The translations under genes were made by a program, and so were the position numbers. Below the pieces are notes generated by a model. It searched no databases and had not been told where the DNA came from. It worked only from the letters and a program-made list of their open reading frames with translations. Below, in pieces: positions 1 through 10,300 of a stretch of DNA of 64,000 bases. The first letter of the stretch is position 1. Each line of letters starts with the position of its first letter. Origin of the DNA: Gordius albopunctatus (taxonomy: Eukaryota); contig OZ193910.1 of NCBI GenBank assembly GCA_964276515.1, forward strand, positions 6,820,001 to 6,884,000. The letters run 5' to 3'.

Positions 1-901
1 ATTGCATTGCGCTTTATATATTTTATAATATTTTTTGCTTTGTTGATAAAACGATGAATGACCTGATTTTTTGAACAAATGTTTTTTATCAGTAGATTTA
101 AACCATGGGCTGAACACCCAAAACATCCGAGTGTGTTATAATTGGCCTTTTTTCATATTCGCTGCATTATCGGTTACAACAGCATTCACTTTTTCTTCCC
201 CAATTTGTTGTATTTTCAATTTGTTGTATTTTATTGCTTATTTCTTGTGTGATGGTTAGAACCTGTATTCACACACCCTAAAAATATGGGGCTTGGAGTC
301 ATTACTATAAAGTTTATTATCTTTTCTCCACGCAAATTCGTCCATCCGTCACTAATTAATGTCATATTTCTAGATTGATCTAATCTCATAGTTACAAGTT
401 CATTAACTTTTTCATAATGGTAATCCAATAAAGTAGTACTAAACATAAGTCTTGATGGAATTTTATAAGAAGGCCTTAATAGCTGAAAAAAAATTTTCCA
501 GTAAATATTATCAAACATTTTGAAAGGACAGTTTGACATATATAATGCTAATGATAATAATTGATCCAATTTTTTTTGATCATCTTGGGGCATCTTATCA
601 AAAAATTTACTAATGTTAGTTTTAGTTGTGGAAGGTATTGTTGTTTCATCTTTAATCAAGCTTGGATTGTCCGTGGTTACACTTACAACACTTGGAGTGG
701 ATGATGTGGTTTCTGAGCAAATAAATGGCTGTTCTAATTTATTGTATTTAGGGCACTTGGTTATATGCAAAGTCATTTTGGTAGAGTTAGGAAAATTTTA
801 TTTTGAATTGCAGTATTTACATAACACAATGCATCATACTTTTTTATTTTGTGCAGTTATCTTGATAAAATGGTTACAGATATCTGAGTGTTTTTGGGCA
901 T
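1..901 (-). pseudogene. Degenerate hAT-superfamily transposase, N-terminal part (BED zinc finger plus start of catalytic domain); runs off the window start
   Basis: Minus-strand reading from ATG at 901-899, with a frameshift after the first codons: HSDICNHF...KV*CIVLCKYCNSK*NFPNSTKMTLHITKCP, a BED-finger CxxC...H...C pattern with 2 stops. ORF 231..776 contains LRPSYKIPSR and LISDGWTN (first catalytic Asp). After a frameshift near 201-240 the reading continues EKVNAVVTDNAANMKKA...FGCSAHGLNLLIK (second Asp and the CxxH motif typical of hAT transposases). Confidence 0.9.
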
Positions 902-1349
902 AATCCTATTTCCTATAAGATATTTATTATGTATTGTAGTTTACCTTGCAAGATGTTTGCTTTTAATTGAACTTTTAGTGATATGGAAATATATAATTTA
1001 AAAATTTATCTTTGAGGATGTTTGCTAGTACTGTAATGTAGATTTTAGATACTAATAAGAATAACTAATAAATAATTAGGAAATTTAACTTTTGAAATAA
1101 TTCTTTTTTTATGTATAGTCTTTTGTAGATTATAAGTATATAATTTCTAATTTCTAGTAATTTATTAATAAATTTTGCAAGTTTACCTCTTGAAATGTTT
1201 GTTTTAGCTTTACACAGTTACTAGATTGATAATAAGGAAAACAGATGATATATGCGCCGATGTTAATTAAAAAATAAATAGCCTCGAGGCAAATAGAATA
1301 ACATTTAAAAAAATATAATAAATGATATATCACTTACAATTAGTTATCA

Positions 1350-1401
1350 GGAAAATTATGGGAAAATTACAAATTTCCCATGGGAAATTCCCAAATTTCC
1401 C
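1350..1401. repeat. Subterminal short-repeat cluster with a perfect 18-bp palindrome
   Basis: GGAAAATT, GGGAAAATT, AAATTTCCC, GGGAAATT and AAATTTCCC occur in both orientations; AATTTCCCATGGGAAATT (1372-1389) is self-complementary. Confidence 0.8.
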
Positions 1402-1417
1402 TATACCTACATCTCTA

Positions 1418-1551
1418 GATGGAAGCATAAAATTGATATAGACTTAAAAAGGTACTACCTAAAGCGAAGCTGGTGTAAGTGCAGGAATACATGGAGAACC
1501 TACTTGAAGGAGCTGACCACTAAATGTGATAAACAGCTATAGGAAAAAAAA
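1418..1551 (+). mobile_element. Probable 3' tail fragment of an RTE-like non-LTR retrotransposon (LINE)
   Basis: Open frame 1420-1542 reads WKHKIDIDLKRYYLKRSWCKCRNTWRTYLKELTTKCDKQL*, resembling the RTE C-terminal pattern W-x-x-x-I-x-x-DL-K...R-x-x-WR, and is followed by an A8 run (1544-1551). Short, recognised from motif memory only. Confidence 0.45.
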
Positions 1552-1873
1552 TTAGTGAAAAATAGTAATATATTTATGTAGATTAAATTCATCTATAGGT
1601 CCATTAATTTATTTATTTTGTTAAACCTCTATATTTACATTTAGCCGCGTTTTTGTGAACCCCTTCCCCTTATCAAAATTTGTCCCACTATGTCTGGAAA
1701 AAGGAGTACATTAGAGCACATATACATACTAACACTACACACGCGCTGTTTACTAACCCATCTCTTCCACTCCCGACCCCATATGATTTATACTCAACCA
1801 GTCTAATGCACAAAAGGTCTATACAAACTAGAGGCAAAATCTCATTACTTAAAATATAAATTTTATATAATTA

Positions 1874-1944
1874 CTAGAGAACCCGGCAAACGTTTTTTTG
1901 CCATTTACCCGGGTGTATTAGCAGAATATATATCATCTTATAGA
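1874..1944 (-). mobile_element. Helitron-like 3' terminus, possibly a very short non-autonomous Helitron
   Basis: Minus strand reads GGCAAA-AAAACG-TTTGCC (hairpin, plus 1885-1902), then GGGTTCT, then CTAG|T, the canonical Helitron hairpin + CTRR end inserted before T. Candidate 5' ends A|TCTAT lie at 1944 or 1958. Confidence 0.6.
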
Positions 1945-2026
1945 TAAATTTCAATAGATTAAGAATATATCAAATATAATTGATAAGTGTTTATTATGCA
2001 AAATTTTTTAACCAAATACTTAAAGA

Positions 2027-2114
2027 GGGTCCAAGGCCCAGGCCCACCCAAGAGAGAAAACCTGGCCCCATGCGCCCCCTCCCTCCAAGGGAAAAATCTT
2101 TGGCCCCCTGGCCC
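2027..2114. other. GC-rich patch with five GGCCC motifs; possible MITE/DNA-transposon remnant
   Basis: GGCCC at 2035, 2041, 2064, 2102 and 2110 inside otherwise very AT-rich sequence; no terminal inverted repeat pair found. Confidence 0.35.
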
Positions 2115-2251
2115 TTCAAGCAGTTTTTTTTTAATTTTTTGTAATTAAGAAACAATATCATAATTATAATTATTTGTTTCTGAATAAAACTTTTAATTCT
2201 GAACTTAATAATGTCCGAAGAACTGAGATATAGCAACATTTATTGGCACTT

Positions 2252-2490
2252 TGTTAAAAGTATTTTCATTTTTCTCCTTGTTTAACGCGCAAAATATGAA
2301 AAAATCGTAGAGAGGTAATAGGAGTGCGAAGTGCCTCCGGGGATACGTTATTTACCTGCGTGTTGTCGATCAAATTAGCGTTAATTGGTTGTAACTTATA
2401 TATGCGTTGGATATACACGTTGTCGAGCACTGTTCGATTATTGTACCCCAGTCCTAATAGTTTATGTGAATAAAGATCCAGCTTTCAACA
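2252..2490 (+). repeat. Putative 5' LTR (239 bp)
   Basis: Begins TGTTAAAAG and ends CTTTCAACA (8/9 inverted match, TG...CA). TATA-like TATATAT at about 2397-2403, AATAAA at 2469-2474, gag ATG at 2519. No second LTR is available for confirmation. Confidence 0.7.
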
Positions 2491-2518
2491 GTAGCATCTT
2501 GGTGAAACCTACGCGGAG

Positions 2519-2971
2519 ATGCAGAAATATAAAACAACGGCTAACATCGACGCTTTTATAACTCAATTTGAGTTATTCCTTAGGAACAATAAGACGATGA
2601 CAGATGAGCAAAAAGCCACGCTATTATTAACCAGCCTAGAGGGGGGTGCATTCCAATTAATACTAGAGGATTATAGACCGCAAGAGTTGACAGGAATTAC
2701 ATACGAAGAAGCGAAAAATCGGTTAAGGAAATTATTCCAGAGGAATTCATGTGCAAGGGCAAAGAGGTACGAATTCTCAAAGGTTCGACAAGGCCGGGGA
2801 GAGACGATAGACGCGTACGCTAATAGACTCAAGGCCGGGGCTAACAGCTGCAACTTCGGAAACGAAGAAGTGCAGAGCAGAATTGTCGACCAATTCATTA
2901 TAGGATTGCGCGATAGAAGCTTACAGGCGAGACTGTTGGCAGAAAATGACATCAATTGGGACCGCCTATGA
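2519..2971 (+). pseudogene. gag: Gag (capsid-like) of the Gypsy element, ending at a probable premature stop
   Basis: KATLLLTSLEGGAFQLI, TYEEAKNRLRKLF, RYEFSKVRQGRGETIDAYANRLKAGANSCNFG (major-homology-region-like Q-x3-E-x4-Y-x2-RL) and IVDQFIIGLRDRSLQARLL. No intact CCHC knuckle follows. Confidence 0.88.
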
Positions 2972-4298
2972 GAGCTGGAATTAACGGCCGAGACTATAAA
3001 TGGGGGCTAAGCACCTTGCAGGACGGGTCCGAAGAGGCGTGGAGCGTAGTGGCGAGACGAGAAGCGTGGCCTGTGCCGGTCCGGATTCCCAGGTTAAACC
3101 ATGCTTTAGATGTGTTAACAGTTGATATATATGTTAATAACGAGTTGTTCCAATTTATCTTCGATACCGGCGCTACGGTTTCGATATTACCGGCGCGAAG
3201 ATGGGCGAAGGAGATCCCACGCAACAAAGAGGCCGTCCAGACGGTGTACGAGTACGGCCACAGGGAAATAAAGATCGTAGCCAAGGTACAAGCCGATATC
3301 CGATTGGGTAACACGAGGAAACAGCTGTCATTATTGCTAGCAGACGTAGCGGGGCCACCGCTATGCGGGATCGATTGGATACAAGAATTTGAGCCCGAAG
3401 TCTGGCGTCAAATACGTTGGAACTCGAGAGCTGTGGGGGAACGGTTCGCGGTCAATTACGTAGAAAGACCGAAGGATACCAAGACCGCGATCCAGCACGT
3501 GATGAGGCAATGTGGTGACCAGCTAAACGAATTCCCGCAAGCAGTCAAGGGAATAACGGTGGAAGTACCGTTAAAAGAGGGCATATATCCCGTATTTATC
3601 CCCGCACGAAGGGTGCCGATAGCGTGGAAAAAAGATGTAGAAGAAGAGCTGAATAAATGGGTCAGAGACGGGGTGATAGAACCAATCGATTTCTCAAGAT
3701 GGGCCAGTCCAGTGGTACCCGTGAAAAAAAGCGATGGGACTCTGCGATTATGTATAGACTACCGGTTTACGATAAATAAATACGCACAAGGGTTGCTGTA
3801 CCTCTTTACCAAAATCGACGATTTATTAAATAAACTCGATAACGCGTGTTATTTTACGAAGCTGGATCTTACGAAAGCGTACTTACAACTTTAATTAGGG
3901 CCAGAGACGATCCAACGATTGACGATTTCTACGCACAAGGGCTTATTTAAAGTTAACCGGATGCCGTTTGGCTTAAATTGTGCCGCGGCTATTTTCCAAA
4001 AAACAATGGACCAAATATTAGAAAGCATGGAGGAGGTAGCGGTATACATCGACGACATGCTAATACTCAAAGTACTAGAAACGTTACAAAAGTGGGGGTT
4101 CGTGCCAAGCATTGCCAAGAGCATCTTGTGGGCGAAGGAAGTAACCTTTTTGAGATACGTGGGGATTCAAATCAACGACAATAAAGCCGAAATAGTCAAG
4201 CAGTGGAAAAATTTAACAAAAATGAAATAAAATCCTTCCTGGGGTTAACAGCATACTTTTCAAAGTTCATTAAGGACTACGCCAGAATCGTGCACCCG
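2956..4298 (+). pseudogene. pol: Pol: aspartic protease + reverse transcriptase, disrupted and truncated
   Basis: Protease FIFDTGATVS (Asp codon at 3163) and LCGIDWI. RT motifs IEPIDFSRWASPVVPVKKSDGTLRLCIDYR and FTKLDLTKAYLQL, then an in-frame TAA at 3892-3894, then VNRMPFGL and VYIDDMLI (YIDD 4045-4056). An apparent deletion follows DDMLI. After a frameshift near 4215-4225 the reading is EIKSFLGLTAYFSKFIKDYARIVHP. Confidence 0.92.
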
Positions 4299-4303
4299 AA
4301 AAA

Positions 4304-7300
4304 GAATTTTTGCGTGGGGGATGTTTGAGATTGAGAGAAATTAAAATTTTCGTGTTGCGTTTAGATTGTTTCAATATCGCTTTATAAGTGTGTCTCTAGT
4401 TTTAGTGAAACAAGCTCTATGCGATCGTGATTCAGAGTTAATAATTTTTGATGACTGATCAAAAAAATGTTTTTCAAGGAATTCACCTCTTATACCGAAA
4501 ACTTTCATGTGAGCTATATGGTTGAACAAAAAAATAGAAAAAATTTTGAGGTCGAAAAAATTATTATTTTTCATATTCTTTTGAAAGGGAGATGAAAAAA
4601 TCTTTAAAAGTTAGTAAATATTCTTAGCATTTTGTCCTTGTTAGAATCTTGATAGGAATTTATGCGTGGGGGGATGTTTGAGATTGAGAGAAATTAAAAT
4701 TTTCGTGTTGCGTTTAGATTGATTCAATATCGCTTTATAAGCGTGTCTCTAGTTTTAGTGAAACAAGCTCTATGCGATCGTGATTTAGAGTTAATAATTT
4801 TTGACGACTGATCAAAAAAATGTTTTTAAAGGAATTCACCTCTTATACCGAAAACTTTCATGAGAGCTATATGGTTGAACAAAAAAATAGAAAAAATTTT
4901 GAGGTCGAAAAAATTATTATTTTTCATATTCTTTCGAAAGGGAGATGAAAAAATCTTTAAAAGTTAGTAAATATTCTTAGCATTTTGTCCTTGTTAGAAT
5001 CTTGATAGGAATTTATGCGTGGGGGGATGTTTGAGATTTAGAGAAATTAAAATTTAGGTGTTGCCTTTATATTGTTTCAATATCGCTTTATAAGCGTGTC
5101 TCTAGTTTTAGTGAAACAAGCTCTATGCGATCGTGATTCAGAGTTAATAATTTTTGATGACTGATCAAAAAAATGTTTTTCAAGGAATTCACCTCTTATA
5201 CCGAAAACTTTCATGTGAGCTATATGGTTGAACAAAAAAATAGAAAAAATTTTGAGGTCGAAAAAATTATTATTTTTCATATTCTTTTGAAAGGGAGATG
5301 AAAAAATCTTTAAAAGTTAGAAAATATTCTTAGCATTTTGTCCTTGTTAGAATCTTGATAGGAATTTATGCGTGGGGGGATGTTTGAGATTGAGAGAAAT
5401 TAAAATTTTCGTGTTGCGTTTAGATTGATTCAATATCGCTTTATAAGCGAGCTCTATGCGATCGTGATTTAGAGTTAATAATTTTTGATGACTGATCAAA
5501 AAATGTTTTTCAAGGAATTCATCTCTTATACGGAAAACTTTCATGAGAGCTATATGGTTGAACAAAAAAATTGAAAAAATTTTGAGGTCGAAAAAAATAT
5601 TATTTTTCATATTCTTTCGAAAGGGAGATGAAAAAATCTTTAAAAGTTAGTAAATATTCTTAGCATTTTGTCCTTGTTAGAATCTTGATAGGAATTTATG
5701 CGTGGGGGGATGTTTGAGATTTAGAGAAATTAAAATTTAGGTGTTGCCTTTATATTGTTTCAATATCGCTTTATAAGCGTGTCTCTAGTTTTAGTGAAAC
5801 AAGCTCTATGCGATCGTGATTCAGAGTTAATAATTTTTGACGACTGATCAAAAAAATGTTTTTAAAGGAATTCACCTCTTATACCGAAAACTTTCATGAG
5901 AGCTATATGGTTGAACAAAAAAATAGAAAAAATTTTGAGGTCGAAAAAATTATTATTTTTCATATTCTTTCGAAAGGGAGATGAAAAAATCTTTAAAAGT
6001 TAGTAAATATTCTTAGCATTTTGTCCTTGTTAGAATCTTGATAGGAATTTATGCGTGGGGGGATGTTTGAGATTTAGAGAAATTAAAATTTAGGTGTTGC
6101 CTTTATATTGTTTCAATATCGCTTTATAAGCGTGTCTCTAGTTTTAGTGAAACAAGCTCTATGCGATCGTGATTCAGAGTTAATAATTTTTGATGACTGA
6201 TCAAAAAAATGTTTTTCAAGGAATTCACCTCTTATACCGAAAACTTTCATGTGAGCTATATGATTGAACAAAAAAATAGAAAAAATTTTGAGGTCGAAAA
6301 AATTATTATTTTTCATATTCTTTTGAAAGGGAGATGAAAAAATCTTTAAAAGTTAGAAAATATTCTTAGCATTTTGTCCTTGTTAGAATCTTGATAGGAA
6401 TTTATGCGTGGGGGGATGTTTGAGATTGAGAGAAATTAAAATTTTCGTGTTGCGTTTAGATTGATTCAATATCGCTTTATAAGCGAGCTCTATGCGATCG
6501 TGATTTAGAGTTAATAATTTTTGATGACTGATCAAAAAATGTTTTTCAAGGAATTCATCTCTTATACGGAAAACTTTCATGAGAGCTATATGGTTGAACA
6601 AAAAAATTGAAAAAATTTTGAGGTCGAAAAAAATATTATTTTTCATATTCTTTCGAAAGGGAGATGAAAAAATCTTTAAAAGTTAGTAAATATTCTTAGC
6701 ATTTTGTCCTTGTTAGAATCTTGATAGGAATTTATGCGTGGGGGGATGTTTGAGATTTAGAGAAATTAAAATTTAGGTGTTGCCTTTATATTGTTTCAAT
6801 ATCGCTTTATAAGCGTGTCTCTAGTTTTAGTGAAACAAGCTCTATGCGATCGTGATTCAGAGTTAATAATTTTTGACGACTGATCAAAAAAATGTTTTTA
6901 AAGGAATTCACCTCTTATACCGAAAACTTTCATGAGAGCTATATGGTTGAACAAAAAAATAGAAAAAATTTTGAGGTCGAAAAAATTATTATTTTTCATA
7001 TTCTTTCGAAAGGGAGATGAAAAAATCTTTAAAAGTTAGTAAATATTCTTAGCATTTTGTCCTTGTTAGAATCTTGATAGGAATTTATGCGTGGGGGGAT
7101 GTTTGAGATTTAGAGAAATTAAAATTTAGGTGTTGCCTTTATATTGTTTCAATATCGCTTTATAAGCGTGTCTCTAGTTTTAGTGAAACAAGCTCTATGC
7201 GATCGTGATTCAGAGTTAATAATTTTTGATGACTGATCAAAAAAATGTTTTTCAAGGAATTCACCTCTTATACCGAAAACTTTCATGAGAGCTATATGGT

Positions 7301-10300
7301 TGAACAAAAAAATTTAAAAAATTTTGAGGTCGAAAAAAATATTATTTTTCATATTCTTTTGAAAGGGAGATGAAAAAATCTTTAAAAGTTAGTAAATATT
7401 CTTAGCATTTTGTCCTTGTTAGAATCTTGATAGGAATTTATGCGTGGGGGGATGTTTGAGATTTAGAGAAATTAAAATTTAGGTGTTGCCTTTATATTGT
7501 TTCAATATCGCTTTATAAGCGTGTCTCTAGTTTTAGTGAAACAAGCTCTATGCGATCGTGATTCAGAGTTAATAATTTTTGATGACTGATCAAAAAATGT
7601 TTTTCAAGGAATTCATCTCTTATACGGAAAACTTTCATGAGAGCTATATGGTTGAACAAAAAAATTAAAAAAATTTTGAGGTCGAAAAAAATATTATTTT
7701 TCATATTCTTTCGAAAGGATGATGAAAAAATCTTTAAAAGTTAGTAAATATTCTTAGCATTTTGTCCTTGTTAGAATCTTGATAGGAATTTTTGCGTGGG
7801 GGGATGTTTGAGATTGAGAGAAATTAAAATTTTCGTGTTGCGTTTAGATTGATTCAATATCGCTTTATAAGCGTGTCTCTAGTTTTAGTGAAACAAGCTC
7901 TATGCGATCGTGATTTAGAGTTAATAATTTTTGATGACTGATCAAAAAATGTTTTTCAAGGAATTCACCTCTTATACGGAAAACTTTCATGAGAGCTATA
8001 TGGTTGAACAAAAAAATAGAAAAAATTTTGAGGTCGAAAAAAATATTATTTTTCATATTCTTTTGAAAGGGAGATGAAAAAATCTTTAAAAGTTAGTAAA
8101 TATTCTTAGCATTTTGTCCTTGTTAGAATCTTGATAGGAATTTATGCGTGGGGGGATGTTTTAGATTGAGAGAAATTAAAATTTAGGTGTTGCGTTTATA
8201 TTGTTTCAATATCGCTTTATAAGCGTGTCTCTAGTTTTATTGAAACAAGCTCTATGCGATCGTGATTCAGAGTTAATAATTTTTGATGACTGATCAAAAA
8301 AATGTTTTTCAAGGAATTCACCTCTTATACCGAAAACTTTCATGAGAACTATATGGTTGGAACAAAAAAATAGAAAAAATTTTGAGGTCGAAAAAATTAT
8401 TATTTTTCATATTCTTTCGAAAGGGAGATGAAAAAATCTTTAAAAGTTAGTAAATATTCTTAGCATTTTGTCCTTGTTAGAATCTTGATAGGAATTTATG
8501 CGTGGGGGGATGTTTGAGATTTAGAGAAATTAAAATTTAGGTGTTGCCTTTATATTGTTTCAATATCGCTTTATAAGCGTGTCTCTAGTTTTAGTGAAAC
8601 AAGCTCTATGCGATCGTGATTCAGAGTTAATAATTTTTGATGACTGATCAAAAAAATGTTTTTCAAGGAATTCACCTCTTATACCGAAAACTTTCATGTG
8701 AGCTATATGGTTGAACAAAAAAATAGAAAAAATTTTGAGGTCGAAAAAATTATTATTTTTCATATTCTTTTGAAAGGGAGATGAAAAAATCTTTAAAAGT
8801 TAGAAAATATTCTTAGCATTTTGTCCTTGTTAGAATCTTGATAGGAATTTATGCGTGGGGGGATGTTTGAGATTGAGAGAAATTAAAATTTTCGTGTTGC
8901 GTTTAGATTGATTCAATATCGCTTTATAAGCGAGCTCTATGCGATCGTGATTTAGAGTTAATAATTTTTGATGACTGATCAAAAAATGTTTTTCAAGGAA
9001 TTCATCTCTTATACGGAAAACTTTCATGAGAGCTATATGGTTGAACAAAAAAATTGAAAAAATTTTGAGGTCGAAAAAAATATTATTTTTCATATTCTTT
9101 CGAAAGGGAGATGAAAAAATCTTTAAAAGTTAGTAAATATTCTTAGCATTTTGTCCTTGTTAGAATCTTGATAGGAATTTATGCGTGGGGGGATGTTTGA
9201 GATTTAGAGAAATTAAAATTTAGGTGTTGCCTTTATATTGTTTCAATATCGCTTTATAAGCGTGTCTCTAGTTTTAGTGAAACAAGCTCTATGCGATCGT
9301 GATTCAGAGTTAATAATTTTTGACGACTGATCAAAAAAATGTTTTTAAAGGAATTCACCTCTTATACCGAAAACTTTCATGAGAGCTATATGGTTGAACA
9401 AAAAAATAGAAAAAATTTTGAGGTCGAAAAAATTATTATTTTTCATATTCTTTCGAAAGGGAGATGAAAAAATCTTTAAAAGTTAGTAAATATTCTTAGC
9501 ATTTTGTCCTTGTTAGAATCTTGATAGGAATTTATGCGTGGGGGGATGTTTGAGATTTAGAGAAATTAAAATTTAGGTGTTGCCTTTATATTGTTTCAAT
9601 ATCGCTTTATAAGCGTGTCTCTAGTTTTAGTGAAACAAGCTCTATGCGATCGTGATTCAGAGTTAATAATTTTTGATGACTGATCAAAAAAATGTTTTTC
9701 AAGGAATTCACCTCTTATACCGAAAACTTTCATGTGAGCTATATGATTGAACAAAAAAATAGAAAAAATTTTGAGGTCGAAAAAATTATTATTTTTCATA
9801 TTCTTTTGAAAGGGAGATGAAAAAATCTTTAAAAGTTAGAAAATATTCTTAGCATTTTGTCCTTGTTAGAATCTTGATAGGAATTTATGCGTGGGGGGAT
9901 GTTTGAGATTGAGAGAAATTAAAATTTTCGTGTTGCGTTTAGATTGATTCAATATCGCTTTATAAGCGAGCTCTATGCGATCGTGATTTAGAGTTAATAA
10001 TTTTTGATGACTGATCAAAAAATGTTTTTCAAGGAATTCATCTCTTATACGGAAAACTTTCATGAGAGCTATATGGTTGAACAAAAAAATTGAAAAAATT
10101 TTGAGGTCGAAAAAAATATTATTTTTCATATTCTTTCGAAAGGGAGATGAAAAAATCTTTAAAAGTTAGTAAATATTCTTAGCATTTTGTCCTTGTTAGA
10201 ATCTTGATAGGAATTTATGCGTGGGGGGATGTTTGAGATTTAGAGAAATTAAAATTTAGGTGTTGCCTTTATATTGTTTCAATATCGCTTTATAAGCGTG

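Larger units (their letters stand above)
1..1417 (-). mobile_element. hAT DNA transposon, 5' portion including a probable terminal inverted repeat
   Basis: Transposase pseudogene (above), AT-rich leader 902-1345, clustered GGGAAATT/AATTTCCC subterminal motifs at 1350-1401, and a minus-strand start TAGAGATGTAGG at 1417 resembling hAT termini. The partner terminus is outside the window, so the boundary is inferred. Confidence 0.7.
2252..4303 (+). mobile_element. Ty3/Gypsy LTR retrotransposon, 3'-truncated (no RNase H, integrase or 3' LTR in the window); Mag-like by motif appearance
   Basis: Order is LTR, gag, aspartic protease, RT (protease directly followed by RT as in Gypsy). The internal region is visibly more GC-rich than its flanks and ends abruptly at the satellite. 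Confidence 0.93.

Noticed and set aside
2491..2510. Primer-binding site after the LTR
   Set aside because: GTAGCATCTTGGTG is in the expected position but lacks a clean TGG start and I cannot match it to a tRNA 3' end; it may be degenerate.
2950..3120. Programmed gag-pol frameshift
   Set aside because: No clear slippery heptamer, and the element has other stops, deletions and frameshifts, so decay is the simpler explanation.
71..4184. Short ORFs 71..259, 613..903, 1994..2239, 2671..2955, 2994..3314, 3173..3358, 3891..4124 and 3978..4184
   Set aside because: Antisense or alternate-frame shadows of the transposon genes, or low-complexity readings with no motifs.
2252..4660. Satellite derived from the Gypsy LTR or internal sequence
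   Set aside because: No similarity seen between the monomer and 2252-4298 beyond the few junction bases.
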